A DNA stretch of 64,000 bases from Truepera sp. (GTDB lineage Bacteria; Deinococcota; Deinococci; Deinococcales; Trueperaceae), in contig CBDCKW010000009.1 in NCBI GenBank assembly GCA_965218435.1, positions 3,552,001 to 3,616,000 of the forward strand, read 5' to 3'. A program made the position numbers and the translations under genes. The notes beneath the pieces were generated by a model, which saw only the letters and a program-made list of their open reading frames with translations, was not told where the DNA came from and searched no databases. This document shows, piece by piece, positions 60,103-64,000 of the stretch; positions within the stretch are counted from its first letter, which is position 1, and the number at the start of each line of letters is the position of its first letter.

Positions 60103-61149
60103 GTGATGAGAGACCACGCCATCGTCCCTACCGCGCAGCGCCTGGCCGAAGAAAATAATGTAGATTGGCGGGTGCTGACCGGGAGTGGTGAAGGGGGCAG
60201 CGTCGTCGAGCGCGACGTGCTGGGTTACCTTGCGCGGGTGATGCGCGGCGAAGAAGCGACGGACCCGACGCCCGAACCTCTGCCCGAAGGTTTAAGTGCG
60301 TGGCCCGAAGAGCCGGAGCGCCGCCGAGGAGCGGCCAGCCAGCATAAAACCAATACGGCTACGGCGACGCGGCCGGAACCTCGAGCCGAAAGTTCCGGCA
60401 GTCAGAGCCCAAAGGGTCAAGAGCCGGACTTTTCTACCCCTTTTAGTGAGCCACGTTCGGCCAAGGTCACTCAGTCAAGCCCAGAAACTGAAGCGTACGC
60501 ACCTTGGACGGTTGACAAACCTGCTAAGGCTACCTTAGAGACGCCTATTGCCGAAAGAGCTTTTTTGCAAGCTGACGCTACTACGCCCAAACCGGCTCCT
60601 GAAACCTTCGCAAATACTGCTAAAACAAATACTGCTAAAACCGGTGCGCCCCCGGTGCAACCCGAACCTGAAGCCCCTGCGCCTGAAGTTTTTACAGCCG
60701 AAGTTTTTGCACCTGCGTCTGTCCCGACTGCACCACCGAAAGAGAACGTTGCCGAGGCGTACCGCCTCGCTTTGGCCGCACTCGAGACCCTCCAAACCCG
60801 CGTTGCCGAGCTTGAAGAGGAGCGGTCACGGCATGTGAACGAACTGCACCAGCTTTCACGGATGCAAGAGACCATCGCGCTACAAAAAAATGAAGGAGCC
60901 AAGGTCGGGGCGTTGCAGAGTGAAGTGCGCGACCTCAAGTCTCAACTTGCAGCGGCGCAGCGGGCGAGTGAGCGGGTCGAGACTCTGGCAGAGCATAACC
61001 GTGACCTCGAGGCGCGGCTGGTGCGGGCGCGAACCTTTAAGAGCCAAGCCAAAGCCGAGTTTGAACGCCTCTTAGAAGACCACATGATGCTCGAGCACGA
61101 ACTCGCCGACCTTAAAAAGGCGCGTCGGGGGCTGTTTCGTAAGGGCTAG
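60103..61149 (+). CDS. E3-binding (PSBD)-domain protein with disordered linker and coiled coil
   Basis: PTAQRLAEENNVD...LTGSGEGGSVVERDV; P/T/A linker; heptad C-terminus. Confidence 0.75.
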   Translation: MMRDHAIVPTAQRLAEENNVDWRVLTGSGEGGSVVERDVLGYLARVMRGEEATDPTPEPLPEGLSAWPEEPERRRGAASQHKTNTATATRPEPRAESSGSQSPKGQEPDFSTPFSEPRSAKVTQSSPETEAYAPWTVDKPAKATLETPIAERAFLQADATTPKPAPETFANTAKTNTAKTGAPPVQPEPEAPAPEVFTAEVFAPASVPTAPPKENVAEAYRLALAALETLQTRVAELEEERSRHVNELHQLSRMQETIALQKNEGAKVGALQSEVRDLKSQLAAAQRASERVETLAEHNRDLEARLVRARTFKSQAKAEFERLLEDHMMLEHELADLKKARRGLFRKG

Positions 61150-61305
61150 GCGCTGAGCCGCCAGGAGCAGTCGGTGACGGTTGCGGCGCACTAGAGAAGA
61201 ATGCAGAAGTCAGAAGGTGCTGACTTGGAGAAGGTGGTGTAGCTCATACACTCGGAGGATAACGATAAAAGCAAAGCTCAGTACGGCCTAGTCGAGCCGT
61301 TTTAC

Positions 61306-61494
61306 CTACGCTAACGCACTAAAAAACGCACAGCTTAGCACCGGTTGCCCAGGGTATTTGGGCGTTTCCGGGTGTACGCAGCGGACAAAGACGCTCTCCC
61401 GGCTGCTCCTTACCAGCCGCGCGGCGGCGCAGCGCCCACAGAGCCCGCCCCGAGCTGCGTGCTCGAGCGCGGCCTTATCAGTTACGTCGTTCAC
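61306..61494 (-). CDS. Small Cys-containing hypothetical protein
   Basis: GLCGRC..S.R.SVF.RC..PKYP..PVL.C; follows nqo15. Confidence 0.6.
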   Translation of the reverse strand: MNDVTDKAALEHAARGGLCGRCAAARLVRSSRESVFVRCVHPETPKYPGQPVLSCAFFSALA

Positions 61495-61508
61495 GGTAGC
61501 TTCAGGTA

Positions 61509-62030
61509 CTACTCGGCGGGCTCGCTGTCACTGTTGTAGAGCATATCGGCAAGTTCAACGAGCATCTCGCGGGTAAATGGCCGTTTGCCTTCGGCGAGTG
61601 CGCCTTTTTTTGCGTCATAGGTCAGTTTGCGGTACACGTGTGATTCAAACGGATGCAGCGTCACCTCTTTGAACACGGTGTGACGCGGCGAGGCGCTGAG
61701 CAGCAGCAGGGGTCGCCCTTTGGGGTCGGAAAGGCTCGCGGACATGATGATCGTCGGCAAATCGTACGGACGTTCCATCCGGTAGATATAGTCGGTAAAG
61801 TCGGCCTCTTTTTCAAACAGCGCGCCCTCGTGCGTTTCGGCGTACTCAACCATCCAGTCTAACAGCTCTTTCCAAGCGGCGTAAAAGGCTGTTTCAGCAC
61901 TTTGACGGGCTTGCACCTGGGCTGAGGCTCGAGACTCGTCTTGGGGTCTATCATGAACGTCTTGCGTATTGCTGGGAGCACTTTGAGACGTGCCTTGCTT
62001 GTTCGGGGCGGCGGGGTCGCGGTTAGCCAT
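61509..62030 (-). CDS. nqo15: NADH-quinone oxidoreductase subunit 15
   Basis: W.ELL.WM.EYA, FEKEADF.DYIYRMERPYDLPT, SPRH as recalled for Thermus Nqo15. Confidence 0.88.
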   Translation of the reverse strand: MANRDPAAPNKQGTSQSAPSNTQDVHDRPQDESRASAQVQARQSAETAFYAAWKELLDWMVEYAETHEGALFEKEADFTDYIYRMERPYDLPTIIMSASLSDPKGRPLLLLSASPRHTVFKEVTLHPFESHVYRKLTYDAKKGALAEGKRPFTREMLVELADMLYNSDSEPAE

Positions 62031-62082
62031 AGGGTCAGTTTACCCTTATCGGGCGCACGCTTATCGGGATATAGTAGCCCCT

Positions 62083-62319
62083 ATGAGAGTTTTACTGTTA
62101 GCTTTCCTCGTCGCCGTCCTAAGTGCTTGTGACGGACCCATCGACCTCGTTGACCCCTATGACCGGATTCAAGGCGAACCGAGCGGCCAAAGCCAGACGC
62201 TTGGCGACACGGCGGTCAATGAACCTGAAGCGCACACGGTCACGTCCGGGGCTGAAAGTGGCGGCGCAGGGGGTGTCCAGACAAATGAAGCGTCCGGCGG
62301 CGCTGAAGAAGGTCACTAG
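62083..62319 (+). CDS. Small lipoprotein
   Basis: TATAGT-7-ATG, MRVLLLAFLVAVLSAC. Confidence 0.65.
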   Translation: MRVLLLAFLVAVLSACDGPIDLVDPYDRIQGEPSGQSQTLGDTAVNEPEAHTVTSGAESGGAGGVQTNEASGGAEEGH

Positions 62320-62336
62320 CCCGCTCTAACCCAGCT

Positions 62337-63533
62337 CTAACTACGAGTGACCTCGAGCCCCACCGGATAGCGGAAGACGTTTTTGGGCTGATACCTGGGC
62401 GTCCCGAGTAACTTTAGCTCAGGCGTATGGGTTAGCAGGGCTTTGAGCGCGTGGCGTAACTCGAGCCGCGCCAAAGGTGCGCCGATACAGTAGTGAAGCC
62501 CGAGTCCAAACGACAGGTGCGGGTTCGGATGCCGCGTCGGGTCAAACGTATCAGGGTCGGCAAAGACGCGTTCGTCACGGTTGGCCGAAGCGTAATAGAG
62601 GCATAACTTGGTGCCTTTAGGCCAGAAGAGGTCTTGATACACCAAATCTTCGCGGACGACACGCTCGAAAAATTGTAGCGGCGTATCAAACCTGAGGGTT
62701 TCTTCAACTGCCGTTTCCAGCTGTTCCGGGTGCGCTTTAAGCGCCTCCCAAAGCTCAGGACGGGACAAGAGCGCAATCAGCCCGTTGCCGACGACGTTGA
62801 CCACCGCTTCGTGACCGGCATCTAAAAAGAGGATCGCATTGGCGACGATTTCAGCTTCGCTGAGGCGTGCCGGGTCGGTAGCATGTAGCTTCACCATCCG
62901 GCTGATGAGGTCGTCTTGCGGCGCGGCGCGTTTTTCTCCCATGAGTTCTCGGACGTAGGCGGCAAACTCACGCGCGGCGGTGACGGCCGCCGCCTCTGCC
63001 TCGGGGGTGCGTTCGGGTTCAAACATCCCGATAATCGCTTTTGACCATGGGACAAGTTGGTAACGGCCCTGTTCAGGTACACCGAGCAGTTCGGCGATTA
63101 CGGTGACCGGAATCGGTTCGGCAAAGTCGCGTAACAGGTCGGCGCGGCTCCCGATTGTAAGTTTTTCGGCAAGCTCAGCGGCTAAACGGTTGCACAGAGC
63201 TGAAATCTTACCCTCTAACGCCCGCACGTGTTTGGGCGTAAACACATCTTGCACCGCTGTCTTGATTCGGGTGTGGTCGGGGGGCTCGAGCTCTAAGAGT
63301 GAGCCGTCTTGAATATCGTCGAAGGGTTCATAAGCCGTATTAAGACGAACTTTGGTGTTCGTAAGCACACGCCCAAGCCGCCGGTCACGCAGTAACACAC
63401 TGACGTCTGCGTGGCGCGTGACGATCCATTTGCCCCACGGCTCATAAAAAAAGATCGGCGCGTCGTCTCTGAGCTGCTGATACACCGGGTATGGGTTTTG
63501 TAGAAAAGTGGGGTCGGTCGGCCGAAACGTCAT
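62337..63533 (-). CDS. Cytochrome P450
   Basis: EPPDHTR, AGHE, EETLRFD, SFGLGLHYCIG. Confidence 0.96.
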   Translation of the reverse strand: MTFRPTDPTFLQNPYPVYQQLRDDAPIFFYEPWGKWIVTRHADVSVLLRDRRLGRVLTNTKVRLNTAYEPFDDIQDGSLLELEPPDHTRIKTAVQDVFTPKHVRALEGKISALCNRLAAELAEKLTIGSRADLLRDFAEPIPVTVIAELLGVPEQGRYQLVPWSKAIIGMFEPERTPEAEAAAVTAAREFAAYVRELMGEKRAAPQDDLISRMVKLHATDPARLSEAEIVANAILFLDAGHEAVVNVVGNGLIALLSRPELWEALKAHPEQLETAVEETLRFDTPLQFFERVVREDLVYQDLFWPKGTKLCLYYASANRDERVFADPDTFDPTRHPNPHLSFGLGLHYCIGAPLARLELRHALKALLTHTPELKLLGTPRYQPKNVFRYPVGLEVTRS

Positions 63534-63823
63534 AAGGTTATTTTAGGTGGTGAGTTACCCCATGCACTAGCCCTGCTCCGGTATGACGCGGTTGCAATCA
63601 TCTGTTTCTGCTGTCCGTAAAGGCGTCCGTCAAAGGCGTCCGTAAAAGTAAAGGCGCTTAAGCCCGGCGAGCTGCTCGCGCAGTAGTTGGGCTGGAAAAC
63701 CACATGACTTTTTGTGTCCGCAGCGTCAGTGACCATAGACTTAACGTCATAAGCGTCTCGCTACGACCAAACGCCTTGTCACCGGACTAGAAAATTCGGG
63801 CACATCGGTTAAGCTCGAGCTTT

Positions 63824-64000
63824 ATGGGAAACGCTGCCGCCATCTGGTCTCTACTCGTCGCCGCTTTGTCAGGGCTACTGATCGGGCTCGAGCGTGAACG
63901 CAAACGGGAAACGCGCGGCTCGATTTTTGCAGGCATCCGCACCTTCCCGCTGATCGCACTTTTAGGTGCGGTTTGCGGTCAGCTTTCACACGAACTCGGC
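63824..64000 (+). CDS. MgtC/SapB family membrane protein, 5' part
   Basis: Translated by hand: MGNAAAIWSLLVAALSGLLIGLERE...AGIRTFPLIALLG; runs off window. Confidence 0.85.
   Translation, partial: MGNAAAIWSLLVAALSGLLIGLERERKRETRGSIFAGIRTFPLIALLGAVCGQLSHELG

Noticed and set aside
63530..63736. 68-aa ORF overlapping the P450 start as a RiPP precursor
   Set aside because: P450 has its own leaderless -10 (TAAAAT-6-ATG), the ORF spans a DNA micro-repeat, and no biarylitide-like MxYxH or other precursor pattern was found
1..64000. tRNA, rRNA, IS elements, prophage, integrase
   Set aside because: No cloverleaf, rRNA-like tract, transposase or phage protein motifs recognised

Overview
Ordinary-looking chromosomal segment of a Deinococcota bacterium, most plausibly Trueperaceae-like. 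The assignment is inferred from an Nqo15 gene, a signal-peptide Dps of the Deinococcus Dps2 type and pervasive leaderless promoters (TANNNT 5-8 nt before the start codon). About 60 CDS are supported, including nrdR, accD/accA, an acyl-CoA carboxyltransferase, purA, glcDEF, class III fbp, ggt with a peptide ABC transporter, a P450 and several regulators. I saw no rRNA, tRNA, CRISPR array, transposase or integrase. Most interesting signals: (1) a flippase plus three GT4 genes co-oriented with cysQ-sat-cysC and a divergent sulfotransferase, a candidate sulfated surface-glycan pathway; (2) strong over-representation of the palindrome CTCGAG (about 130 copies by hand count, about 20 expected), reminiscent of cyanobacterial HIP1; (3) a 1.9-kb islet bounded by a CTCGAG-containing direct repeat that carries a low-GC DUF4062/TIR-like candidate defence gene; (4) an unannotated ~80-nt candidate sRNA; (5) tiny leaderless upstream ORFs coupled to accD, the carboxyltransferase, an ftsB-like gene and modB, with the two carboxyltransferase genes sharing an identical 11-mer; (6) an orphan HsdR_N nuclease with a possible SeqA-like tail. 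All family calls come from reading motifs by eye; no searches were run.
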